64,000 nt of DNA from Antedon mediterranea (lineage: Eukaryota > Animalia > Echinodermata). The stretch is from contig NC_092677.1 in NCBI RefSeq assembly GCF_964355755.1, positions 8,392,101 to 8,456,100 on the forward strand. Reading direction: 5' to 3'. Shown here piece by piece: positions 28,286-40,900 of this stretch. The number at the start of each line of letters is the position of its first letter. Position 1 is the first letter of the stretch. Position numbers and translations under genes: made by a program. The notes under the pieces are model-generated. The model was not told where the DNA came from and did no database searches. It saw only the letters and a list, made by a program, of their open reading frames with translations.

Positions 28286-29847
28286 TTATTGAATCGGATT
28301 TTAAAATATTTAGAGAAGAATATTAGAGAAGAGGTAGGCAATTTATGCATCTTTTAAAAAAATTGTAATAACAGAAAACATTTGAAGCAAAACAGCTTTA
28401 ATTGCATCTGGCGTATTCCAACATCCTAAATTAACGATTAATAAAGAATAAACGATTTTAGTTTGAACATGATATGACGTTCTTTATTTGTTGCTTTTTA
28501 CGGTTGGGAAATCGAATTTCGTGTAAAATTGCGTTCAAAGCTAAACTGAGAGAACCTAAACTCACACTCAATATCTATCCAGTTACTTACATTGAGCAGC
28601 TGATTCACTTATTTTGCAGCTACATCATTGTAAAAGAAAGCAGAGTATTCATTTGATTGTATATGCATCTGGATTCAAATTAATTAATGTTATTAAAAAG
28701 CAACAATTTGCTAAATTTTTCTGTACACTTTACTGTACTAATGTTGCGGTATGAAATTGACAATGAAATATGAAGGCAACTGCTAACAGACACGTAAAGG
28801 TTAAAGTGTACATTTGAGTCACTTTGTATTTAAAATGTATTATTTTGAATTAGGCCTAAATGCTAAATAAAGTCAAAATTAAACCTCACTCCAAAATAAT
28901 GATAGGACATTTGCAGAAAGAAGCAAACAAAGCTCTGCTACCGGTATAACACGGTTCAAATTTCGGAACTTCCATAAATTACTACGGAAATTCGGCCTAA
29001 TATTTACGGACGTACGGAAGTGAAGATAAATAGGGTACTACTGTCACGCATCGGAAATACAAAACTATACGCAAAATTATGATTTGGCCTTAAATTATGG
29101 AAAAACGCAATAATTAGGAACAAATCGACGACCCATATGACGAGGTTTTCTCAAACACAGTGTGTGTTGGCCTCCTTTCGTACCTCTCATCAGGAGAGAT
29201 ATACATCTGCCTGTTCTCATGTAGCAAGCACCACAAGCAACTAGTCAATCAGAAATTCATTCTGCCCATGCTCAGAAACTTATCTACACTGCGCGGTATA
29301 GTAGGCCTATAGGTGACTGCTGTGCATTCTGCCAATTTCCAAATATTATCTTCCAGACTGGACTTTCATAACGTATAAATATGGATATTGTATGCGATGA
29401 AATGGGACTCAATTTTAATTTAGTAGCAGAAACAACATTTAGTATGAAATTAAGGATGTTGCCCGGGCAACTAGGGCAACACCCCTGGATCCGCCCCTGA
29501 ATACGATCCTATTCCCTATCTCAAATAAACAGTTTACGTAAGCATATTTCATGAGATGACCAAACTGTTTGTTCCGTTGTTCCGCCAAACCACCACCAGT
29601 CTTAAAATACACGAGCATGGCTCCCGAGAGTGAAAATTGGTTAAAACATAATATTGATCATACTTCTCTACTTTGATAAAAAAAAAAGGGCTTATAACCA
29701 AACATTTTTTTATAGATTTGTTTATTATTTTCCTTTTGAGGATATAATCTATAACCTGAATTTACAAATTATCTCTCCTTATTTTATTGATACTGCGACC
29801 TTATCCAATCATGTCGAATTTGTAATAGTCTAACTGTATAATATTTT

Positions 29848-29992
29848 ACTTACCTTTAATGTACAGTAGATGGAAGCTAATTTACTTCATTGTGTAACGA
29901 ACAACACTGTATAGCTGATTATCTGAACACCCTTGGATAACTGATGTTTAATTATCCTTGTATTACTTTATTATCAGTTTTTGGGAAATTCC
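29848..29992 (-). promoter_or_regulatory. Candidate promoter and non-coding first exon of copy B
   Basis: Donor AG|GTAAGT (acttac 29848-29853) and GGGAAATTCC at 29983-29992. Confidence 0.55.
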
Positions 29993-31676
29993 AAAATTGC
30001 TTTGTCAATATCTCGATCCGGTACGTCATACATGATTCACTTATCGGTAAACATGATAAGGCATAACAAACTGAAAGAAAGGTATAGGATAAGCTATGCG
30101 TGGGCTTTATTTTGGACAAAAATATGATTACCACTCATGCATAACGCCTTATTGAAATGTCGTGGCGGTCTATTCTAATTGTATGTGTAGGATATGAGAA
30201 TGAAACTAAAATATTTTAAGACACTACAAAACTGCATTGTCTTTTTTATAACATTGTGAATGTTATTTATTCATAACTTGAATCCAAGTTGCTTCTCCTT
30301 ATGGTGCTGTTTTATAGAAAAAGAAAACTTACAAGCGTACACATTTTTATTCAAAACCCATCATATTTTCTATCCGTTAAGTGAATGAATAGGCATCTGT
30401 AGATCCTCCTTTCCACGTGACAGTTGGAATAATCAAGCAACTTCTGTCAAAGTACATACTCTCATACACATTGTTTATAAATACTTCCAATCAGCTTACA
30501 GTATGCCCCATATTATATTAATGTATGTATGTATGTATGTATGTATGTATCTATATATAAATTTACGTAAGGGCAAAATTCGGTAAATCGCGCCTTACTT
30601 CTAGAATTTTTACTCGATGGTATATAAAGTTGGTTCGTACTTTCGGTACTAATTTTAAACACCTGATGTAACCCTGTTCACTAATTAAATTAAGTTAGAT
30701 AATTAGTTATTGACGATTAAAACGAATTTAGGTTCAACGATTTGCTCCAAATAGGGTGTTTTCCGATCGTGGTATACACTGTCTAATGGATGTCCGTCTT
30801 GAAAAATACCCGCCACAAAAATGCGAGGAGGCTTCGCATTTTCCTATCTCCTCCTACGATAATTGTTTTTAATAGCTGAAAACCGGTTGAACAGCTAGAG
30901 TACAGCATCATAATGTTGAAGACAGGCCGATTTTCTTTAAAAAATACTATTTTGATAGATTTAATATACGATTATACAAATGTATTGATTTGCGATGAAT
31001 GGAACATTCCAATCTCTGTTCGACAAGTTTCTCTCTGTTCCACAAGTGTCTATTCCCTCAGGCGTCGTAAAGGCAAGTACTGTATACTCATAACAGAAAT
31101 TCGATCCATTTTTTTTTTCAATCTGTACTGCCGAGGTTGGATGTAGATTTTTTTAAACGGATAATGAGTTAGCGTTTTCAGTCGCCGTATATTATGTACA
31201 AATCTTTATTATTGCAGTTAAACCACCCACATCATCACCCTTCCCTCACTGGCATGAGTAGTAGTAGTAACTAATTAAGTTAAGTTAGATAATTCAATGT
31301 TTATTGACGATTAAATCGAATTTATGATTTGCCCCGAATAGAGGTGGTTTTCACAAATTGTTTTACATTATATAAACATATACACGTCGTAGTGATGTAT
31401 CGTTACATGTACTGTACACTTTCAATCGACTAGGACGGTGATAGTTTCAACAGAGTATTACATCGCAATATTTTACTGTGTTTAGTGGTATATTATTTGT
31501 AATATTTCCTTACTATACTAAATGGATAAAGAATATATTTAAAAATTGTTCCTCCTTGCACCCATCTTCTTCCCCATCCCTCAACCCTAATGTTACATAC
31601 AAAACACAATTTTAAACAGTTTCTCTTGCGGAAGGAATTCCCAAGGTGCTAATTTTAGTTGAGTACATAAATCAAA

Positions 31677-31925
31677 GTGTCTATTTATTCGTTCCTGCGG
31701 TGCGTACATTTGAAATCGCCAGTTTTTTAACGCTGAAATTATTATGTATTCAAGAACCATCTGTGGGCACGAACTAGATGGTACGCGAGAGTGTCTATTT
31801 ATTCGTTCCTGCGGTGCGTACATTTGAAATCGCCAGTTTTTTAACGCTGAAATTATTATGTATTCAAGAACCATCTGTGGGCACGAACTAGATGGTACGC
31901 GAGCGAAGCGAGCGTACCATCTAGT
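31677..31925. repeat. 114-bp tandem duplication ending in a hairpin (possible Helitron/Helentron-type terminus)
   Basis: Units start at 31677 and 31791. Hairpin ACTAGATGGTACGC-gagcgaagcga-GCGTACCATCTAGT at 31887-31925. Confidence 0.65.
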
Positions 31926-32025
31926 GTTAATAATTAAACAAAGGTTATGGTATAAGATATACATGTGGTGATGTATTACTAAATATTCCTATTGATACCA
32001 GGGAAATCTAGCAATGCTGAGAATA

Positions 32026-32260
32026 CAGCCGTTGCCGTAAATTGATGTGAAGTCACACGTGCATCGCAAAATTAACGTCATGAGTTTTTAGGCAAAGTCT
32101 GGCAAATCGCGAAAATTTCTAGTAAACAAACTTTGTAAATAAATCTTAAAAAATATAAATGTTGATTTTTTTATTGTTTCTTTTGCTTATCTTGACTCAT
32201 TAAGTAGATTTTGCGATGCACCTGTGACGTCACAGTAATTAAGTAAGACGGCGATGGCTG
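32026..32260. mobile_element. TA-flanked MITE (Tc1/mariner-like)
   Basis: TA|CAGCCGTTGCCGT ... ACGGCGATGGCTG|TA, with inner inverted TGCATCGCAAAAT/ATTTTGCGATGCA. Confidence 0.6.
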
Positions 32261-32793
32261 TACGGCGAGCGCGTGTGGCGATATCCTTAATCTCGCGATT
32301 GTTCTGAAATCATAAGTACATCCCTAATACGTTGTAAAAATATGATCCTCGGTCAAGTTGTCCTTTAAGTTCATATGATCATATGATTTAGCCGAGTCCA
32401 TGCTAGGGCTGAGTTGTTATAATACTATTACTATTGGACAGTTTAGACACCGTTTCGAATACAGTATTGTATCATCCATACATTTAACTCAAGGCTTAAT
32501 TACCATTTAAAATGTCATTAATAAAAATAATAAAAATAATAAACATAATAGGGCCAATCCCTGGGGGATGCCTCTGTTTGGAGATAGTTTGCTTATGAGA
32601 ATGTTGTGATCAATCAGATCGTAGGCCTTTTTCTAAAAATACATTAATAGTATGTGGCATACAAATATGTTTTATAGACAATGGAAGTATGAAACTGTAA
32701 ACTAAGTCATATTGAATCATCGTTAGGATATAGGCCTAATATCCGGATTTTTTTTTAAAAACAATAGATCCTCTTTTTGAAACAGGTAACAGT

Positions 32794-32803
32794 GGGAAAT
32801 TCC
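32794..32803. promoter_or_regulatory. kappaB-consensus site GGGAAATTCC, distal upstream of copy B
   Basis: Exact 10-mer. Confidence 0.35.
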
Positions 32804-32845
32804 AAAATAACCACGTAAATTGAGTAAACTAATTAATTATAAATT

Positions 32846-32955
32846 CACACAGTGTAAAATAACCAAACGGTGTGAAATAACCAGACAGTATGAAATAACC
32901 ACATAGTATCAAATAACCACACGGTCTGAAATATACATAGTGTAAAATAAACATA
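32846..32955. repeat. Degenerate ~19-bp minisatellite
   Basis: About 6 units resembling CACAGTGTAAAATAACCA. Confidence 0.6.
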
Positions 32956-33532
32956 CGATTGCAAACAATTAATAAATATCGTTTTTATGGTTTATTAAAA
33001 TATCTAAAAATTATGAATTTGAAATTATTATTTATATTGATATTAAGAAAAATGTTTAACAATTTTTTTGTACTATTCGATTGTATCACCTTTAATTTAT
33101 GCTCGAGTTTATTGATATTACGCTATTAAATATCTAAAAAAACAACTTAAAGTGGAGCTACACTCAGACTTTCTCAGCTTATATTATGTTTAATTATGTT
33201 TAATTGAAAGTGATTACATAAAAAAAACAGGGAAAATACGGAAATATTTTCCAAAAACTCATTTCTAAAAAATCGGTCAGAAAATAGCGTTTTTTAACAC
33301 ATTACACTTTTTCAGTAACTTAGGGGTTATTAGTTTACAATACGTCGCGAAACGCGTTACACTTAGCGACTGACGCGTTTTAGTCGCCGGTGAACGCATT
33401 GGTGAAATGTCTTCCCCTTGGTAAATTATGTGTCGAAAAATGGGGAATAAATTTTATGCACACAATTAATACGATATGTTTAGGCCTAAGTAATATTTCA
33501 GAAAAGAATGTCAGTATAATTTACATGTAAGC

Positions 33533-33651
33533 TGAATGACTGGGTTATTTTTCTCGTCTTTTTTATTCACGATTCTTGGGTCAGCTGGGAGTGACGTGGC
33601 ATTATTTTCTTTAACATTCTGCTGTTTCATTTGATAACTACCTTTTTTGTC
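33533..33651 (-). pseudogene. Isolated ~120-bp fragment of a ZNFX1-like terminal exon
   Basis: Encodes KKGSYQMKQQNVKENNATSLPADPRIVNKKDEKNNPVI, near-identical to copy C ~35238-35353. Confidence 0.85.
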
Positions 33652-33660
33652 AAATATATA

Positions 33661-34491
33661 TTTTTTTAGTCGCGTGGAAGCGACTCTATAGTTCACTATG
33701 TCGGTCGGTCGGTCTGTCTGTCGGTCTGTCTGTCGGTCTGTCTGTCTGTCGGTCCGGTATCACTATGCGTTTTATCGCTTTCTGACCTTATCTTGATATC
33801 AGTTTAATCTAGCTAGGTCAATTTTTCACAGTATATTCCTTATGGCCAGGAATCAATGTGGTTATGTTTTCACGGTGCGCAATAAAAAATTACGCGGTCT
33901 ACGCACGATTTAACGAAATCACGTTTGTAATCATATCTTCACAACCATGAATCACAATTAAATAAAATTTGGTACTCATAAATTTCAGGGCATAAATCAT
34001 CATATGGCAATACAATTACGTGCGTAGCGTATGTAACGCATGCGTACGCGCGCTTAACATTTTCAAAATTTATTTTCGATGAAATAAGAGTACATTTCAG
34101 GCAATTTTAAGCGTTTACAAAATTGCCATGAGTGCGCATATTTTTGCGCGCGCACTGCGCGTTAAATGTTATTGCGCACTCTTTTTGCCCGATTTCTGTT
34201 TTCTTGACTTACTTTTCAACTCGAAATTACGTTATACGAGCACGTCGAAAGTGACAGGCTACGCACGTGTAAATTAAAAAAAAAATAAATGTTTTTAAAC
34301 ATTTCAACATTTTTAAACATGTTCAGTAATTTCGGTCAGTATGGTTCACTATGTCGGTCGGTCGGTCTTTCTGTCTGTCTGTCTGTCGGTCTGTCTGTCG
34401 GTCTGTCGGTCTGTCTGTCGGTCTGTCGGTCTGTCTGTCGGTCTGGTATCACTATGCATTGTAGCACGCGACTTAATGGCTGTTGGCCTTG
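33661..34491 (+). mobile_element. Helentron-associated (HINE/DINE-1-like) non-autonomous element
   Basis: T-run then AGTCGCGTG; (GTCT/GTCG)n microsatellites at ~33700-33755 and ~34352-34446; inverted CACGCGACT near the 3' end, followed by a short stem. Confidence 0.7.
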
Positions 34492-34923
34492 TTATTATAA
34501 TTATTTATTTTATTCATCTATTTATTTCAAAAAACCTCCCGAGAGAGAACCATAATGTACACAGTATATATTATAATTTTAAAAACTTGTTAAACCATTG
34601 CAGGCTACCTACAATTATAATTCTACTACTAAATAGCATTTAATACTACTAAATTAATACAGGTATAAAGACGATGTCAGTTAAATAATTTAAATACCAT
34701 CTATTCTTCATACCATTTCTTGGAATGAATTAGGAAATAATAATAATACATTCTTGTCTTGGTCAGTAGAAAAAATTTAAATACAGAGTAATAATAAGAA
34801 TATATATATTAAAGGTAAAGGAATATATATATATATTAAAGGTATGGCAAAAGATACAATAATCTAATATTAATAACAATGGTGACGTCAGTCAGTGTCT
34901 ATGAAGTGATCATACGTAGTCAT

Positions 34924-37900
34924 TTATTTTCCTTTAGCTCCTCTTCCTCCTCCTCTTCCTCTTCCTCTTCCTTCTCCTCCTCTTCTTCCTCCTCCTCCTC
35001 CTCCTCCACTTCCTCCTCTACCTCCTCCTCCTCTTCCTCCTCCATTTCCTCCTCCTCTTCCTCCTCCTCCTCCTTCTCTTCCTCCTCCACCTGCTCCTCC
35101 ACCTCCTCCACGTTTTGTGCCACGTCTTCTGTTACGCTGCTGTGGCTGTTGTTTCTGTTCATTTTTACTAGTTGGTTTTTCAACTTGTTGTATAGGATTA
35201 CGTTTCATACCTTTTCCAACAGAGTTGGCATCATCGTGAATGACTGGGTTATTTTTCTCGTCTTTTTTATTCACAATTCTTGGGTCAGCTGGGAGTGACG
35301 TGGCATTATTTTCTTTAACATTCTGCTGTTTTATTTGATAACTACCTTTTTTGTTAGACGTAGACCTAGCGACATCGTTGATTTGAACATTAACAGGAGA
35401 GTTTGTCGACGTTGAACTACTCTTTACATTCTCTATATCTTTTGATTTGGACTTCCGCTGCCTCTGTCTTTGACGTTTATTTCCTGCAGTTTCACTTTGT
35501 AGTTGGTGATCATTTTTGTGTTCCGTGTGTTCGTTAATACTGATTTTTCCAGATTGTTTTATTCTCAGCTTTTCATTCTTATTTGAAAGTACTTTTTGAT
35601 TTTCTGCTTGTACAACTTTCATTTCCGAAGTCGAGCATTTCTCAGCATCATCGGCATTGTTACCATTGAGCAGGTGACCGAAAGAGCATGTTGACCAGCT
35701 TTCTTGACAGAAGCTTAAGCATCGGGAGACGGTTTCTTTGACAAGCACTACTACTTCAAGTAATTGGTCGTCCTTTCCAAGTATATCCAATGCTTCTTGC
35801 ATAATGTCAGACGTCACGCGTGATTTGCTGTAAAGAAGTATCGATAATAAAGATTCAGTCTTGTTTATGTCTGAAACTGTTTTACATCGAAACTTCATTA
35901 ATCGAACACACGTGTTTATCTGTTGAATTTCTGAAGACACGTGAAATACAAATTGTTCAGAAGCAATGTTTTCTGAATTCCAAATGCGTTGCTGAATGGT
36001 TTCTAGTTGTTGTAAAATGTCCGTTATGTAACTCGTACCGCTCTGTTGGTTTAAATCATCACGAATCGTGATTACTTGTTTTAGCATCGTGGTCATGATA
36101 TCAAATAGAAGTAGCCTTTCATATTTAATTCCATACCGGGAATTCATTTCTTTTAAAACATTGCCTTTTTCAATTTGGCTAAAATACGGTAAGCGAAAGT
36201 TTATCTTCCGTCTTATATTTTGTATTCGATCTACCGATCGTTCAATCTTTAACTTTTGCTTTATTTCAACTATTCTCTTGTTTATTGTTTTAAGGACATT
36301 GCCGTATCTCGGATTGAATCGTATACTTTTATGACACACTGGACATTGTTTCAATCTTATACCTTCATCCTTATCCATATATGCATCCATTGTAGAAACC
36401 TCAATTGCATGAGAACAATCATGCAAAAATACATATATTGGTCTCTTTTGTTTACCTGGAAGATATTTTGATGGATGAAAAGAAGCTGGATCACAAGTTA
36501 AGCATTTTTTTGGACAGGGCTCGCCACACAGACCAAAGCATTTATGTTTGCATTTAAGGGTCTTTTGGCAGGGTTGGTTGCACCTTTCACGATTACAAAA
36601 TTCATCACACAATTTTGCACACTTAAAATGAATGCATTCCCATTTACATCGTGCTCCACATGGTTCGCAAATATCGGAACAGGAACGTTGGCAACGTTTG
36701 TGCCCGCAATAAGACGCGCATACTTTTTTACAAGGCTGACAAGGAATCATTGAGCAGGGCTGTTGAAAATTGTGACCACAAATAAGGTTTTTGTTACAGC
36801 ATTCAGTGCATATCTTGTGTATCTTTTCATGCCAACAATCCTTACATTTTCCATGACATCGATGTCCACAAACTAAAGTGGTTTTGCAATGTTGCTGACA
36901 ATTGTCAATAGAAGATTCTTCAGAAAATATATTCAAAAAGCAGTTTACTTTCTTCATATGTCCACACTTAAGTTCCTTGTCTATCTTCTCTCTACAAAGT
37001 TTTGTGCATGGTTTGATACAAAGTTCATCACACTTGTGCCCACATGGCAGTAATTTGGAGCACATGTAAGGACAAATTTTGAACTTTGAACAATGTTTGA
37101 TCGTGTGTCCACATTCTAGTGTTTCCTCAAAATGTTCATAACAGTCAATGACCTTAAGTTTTTCAGATTCATAGCATTGTGTAATGGTTTCATGTCCACA
37201 TTCTAGTGTTACTAAAACGTTTTCAAGACAGTCAATTTCTTTGAGGTCTTCAGATTGATAACACAGTATCATTTTTTCATGTCCACATTCTAGTGTTATC
37301 ACAACATTTTCTAGACAGTTTATTTTTTCAAGGTCTTCGGATTTATAGCATCTTATCTTGGTTTCGTGTCGACATTTGCGTATTCTAGTAACATTTACAT
37401 TGCATCTTAGTATAGTGTCTAACCTATCGTAACGGTACCTACCGTATATATTAGGCATTGGCTCTTTAGGATCTAAATAACAAGGTACTTGTTTCTCATG
37501 ATTACATGTTAATCTCTTGTTAATCAGTTCAGTGCATTTAGAACGGGAGCACGTTTCATAACATTCTTGTTGACACAAGTGCCCGCATGTTAATGTTTTT
37601 AAACAGGACATTTTACAAGTAACATGTGTACCATCATCATGGTGATGGTTCAAGTCTTTACATACCATGTAGTTGCATAAATCACCACATATATTCAGAC
37701 ATGCATGACCGCATCCTGTACGTGAGCATGGTAATGGACAAGATGGTGTAAAACAAGGAACGTTAACTGTATGTCCACATTCAAATTCCTTTTCTATAAC
37801 TTCAGTGCATTTGAGTGTGCAAGCATCGCCACATTTCCTTTTACACACATGACCACACGGTAAAGTCTTTTCACAAGGGATCTGACATAAAACTATGTAG

Positions 37901-40900
37901 CATTTAACTTCAATATTGTGGCCACATGGAGAAAACAATTTCTTGACAATGTTCAAACATTTTAATGTACATTTTTCATAGCAAATTTCTTTGCATTCGT
38001 GCCCACACTTCAATAACCTTTCGCATGGGTTAGTGCAGTCTGCGGGTGTTTCCAATCTACAGCACTGTATCTTAATCTCATGCGTACATTTTAATGATTT
38101 ACTAACTAGGACTTCACATGGCAAACACTTTTCTAAACACTTCAAATCACACGACTGATGACCCCGAGTGCACACTCTACGGCATTTCTTCTTGCATTCA
38201 TATTTTGATGTGCATGACTCAAAGCATAATTTGTTGCATTTATGCCCACACTTCAATAACCTTTTGCATGGGTTGGTGCATTGTAACGGCCATTCAAATT
38301 TATAGCACTGTATCTCAAACATATGTAGACACACTAATACCTTCCTAACCATGAATCCACACGGCAAGCACGGTTCAAAACACTTTCGATGACATATATG
38401 ACCGCGTCTGCACAATCTAACACATTTTTCCTTGCATGTATATTTATCATGATTTGGATCACGAGGGTGGCAAAAAAATGGACACACATGTCCGCAGTTT
38501 AGGCGGGTTTCACACATCAACATACATCCTCCTTCTGGATATTGTTTAAATTCTTCAGCTGTAGATATTTTAACTTTCGTTGTCGGATGGTTTTGACAGT
38601 ACAACTCAATGTATCTTCCTACACATTTTGACGATTGCATGTCATTTACTATCTTCATCCAAAGGTCATTGTTTTCAGCTAAAAGTTTGAAGTTTCCAAT
38701 ACAGAACATACCCTTTTTGCCTCTTGATAATGCTACGCACATTCTGTTCGAAACTTTTAGAAACCCTATATTTCCAGCCTCGTTACTTCTTACTAAAGAC
38801 AGCAAAATGATTTCATTCTCCTCACCTTGATAGTTATCTACGACGCTTACATACACACCACGCAGGCAACCATACTCCTGTTTTTTAAGTAGTCGTTTTA
38901 TATTAAGCACCTGGCCAGTATATGTCGTCAAAATGGTGATACTAGAAGCATCGTATCCTTGTTGGTAAAGATACTTAGCAAATGCTAAACAATACTTAGC
39001 TTCGTGAGCATTCGACTTGCTTAATAGATCCTCAACGGATTCTTCTTGAATATCGTGGTTAATAAAGAACAGGTTATGAGCTACACCTTTAACGTTATCA
39101 AACTCTTTTACTGACTCGTCGTCGAGGAGATGACTGTAAAAGTGTTTCCTCATGATTTGTGACATTTCTGGTCGCATTCGGTGTTGTGACGACAATTTCT
39201 GACAAGGAACACCATTGGTAATCATTCGTTCAAACAGGGATGTGTCAAGATTGAATTTGGTGGCAAGTTTGTATACTGTAGGATTTGGCTTTAATTGCTG
39301 ATGGTCTCCAATTAGAATTAGATGTTCGCATTGTTTCGTTAGGCTTGTTACAATGTGTGCTTCCAATATTTCTGCTGCCTCTTCAACAACAACTATTCTT
39401 GGTCGTATTCCATTTAGTAACTCCTTATTCATAGCAGCACCAGTAGTTGTCATACCTATTACACTAGCTTCTCTTAGTACTTCACAATTAGCTCCATAAT
39501 CTTTTTGTTTAATGCTATTCTTTACGACTTCAGCATACGCTTTCTGCTGGTCAAACAATACTTGTCGTAACTGGCATTTGTATTTTGTTATCCAGTATCG
39601 GTACAAACGCCATTTATCTTGTGTTGATAACGTTCGAATGTTGACCCTGTCTGCTTCTTGTTCCCTCATTTCATCATCAATAACTGACAATTGTTTTAGA
39701 ACTGCAGCCCGGTGCCTTTTCAATGGTGAATCTTTACATATCATTTTCGGATCGTAGGCGAGCTTAGAATAAAGTGCAGTAATTGTCATTTCTTTCTTTG
39801 ATTCATAATCTTGTTTTGCTTTGACGTCATTACAGTCACGTTGATCTAATATCATGTCAAGTTCAGTCTTAATATTAGCATTATCTTCTTCCTCAGTGTC
39901 TTCTTCATTATTCATGACGTTGTTGACATCTTCATTTTCATCAGAAGTAGAAAGAAGACCTAGCCACGTAGGCAAAGTTGAACGTTTTTCTTCTAATCCA
40001 TATTCCTCTCTCGAGTCTCTCAGACATTTAAAATGATGAGCACTGATAATAGTTTCTAAAGCAAATTCATTGATAATATACTTGTCGTAAAATTTAATCA
40101 ATTCTTAAGCTTGTATCATCCGAGTGATTATAGAATCTGTAAGTTCTTTCATTCTATACAATTGTTTTCTTTTCCCTTTTTTTTTCTTTGCTAATTCTTT
40201 CAAATTGTATGATGCAAGTCTTTCGCTTTTCGACCTTCCGCCAATTCTGACCAAATTATGACAAAAGCTGAGTATTCCTTCAAGAAATTGGTCCAATGCA
40301 TGATTTGTATAGCATATCACCATTACCATATTATTAGCAGTGTCTTCGTTAGCCTTTGTGGCCCAGCGAATTCTGTTAACCAGAAGAGTTTCAACGATTT
40401 TTAATCCGATGTAAGTTTTTCCAGTTCCCGGTGGCCCCTGAATGACTGCAAGTTCCTTAGTTAAGGCTGATTTTACAGCGGTAATCTGTGATTCATCAAG
40501 TGCTAATTTGTCTTTTTCTGGCCAGCCGTTTTCATCTAGAATGTCTATCATGGGGCTACGAATAACATGCTTTACCTGAACTTTGAAAAGTGGGTGTATA
40601 TCGTACATCATTCTGGGTGTGTTACGAAGATACTTTGGTCTTTCTATGTAATGCGAGGCCCGAATAATATAATTATCCATAGGTAGGTTGTTTTCGTCAT
40701 TAAACTGCTGAAGAACGTGCAAAACAGGCCTGTAACTCTCAAAAAATGCTGTGGACTCTACCATGGCATAGAGAGGTGCTATCTCCATATTATCAGTGTT
40801 GTGGAATTTAATGTCAACACGGCCTTGGCGTAATAACAATTCATCTCTATTGCTAACGGTACCAAATAAAAGAGTTTGAAAATTGTCATAAGATAAGCAA

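Noticed and set aside
31593-31964. 123-aa ORF with an internal repeat
   Set aside because: By-product of the 114-bp tandem duplication; no recognisable domain.
34289-34643. SVCL/SVGL-repeat ORFs
   Set aside because: Translation of the (GTCT/GTCG)n microsatellite.
34920-35298. Separate poly-Glu or poly-Ser genes (also 47614-47862 and 17796-17996)
   Set aside because: Alternative frames of the low-complexity GAG tract.
40090-40170. A small intron removing the TAA in C and A (TAAG could act as an acceptor)
   Set aside because: The sequence is colinear with coding sequence in B and D, and there is no good donor or pyrimidine tract.
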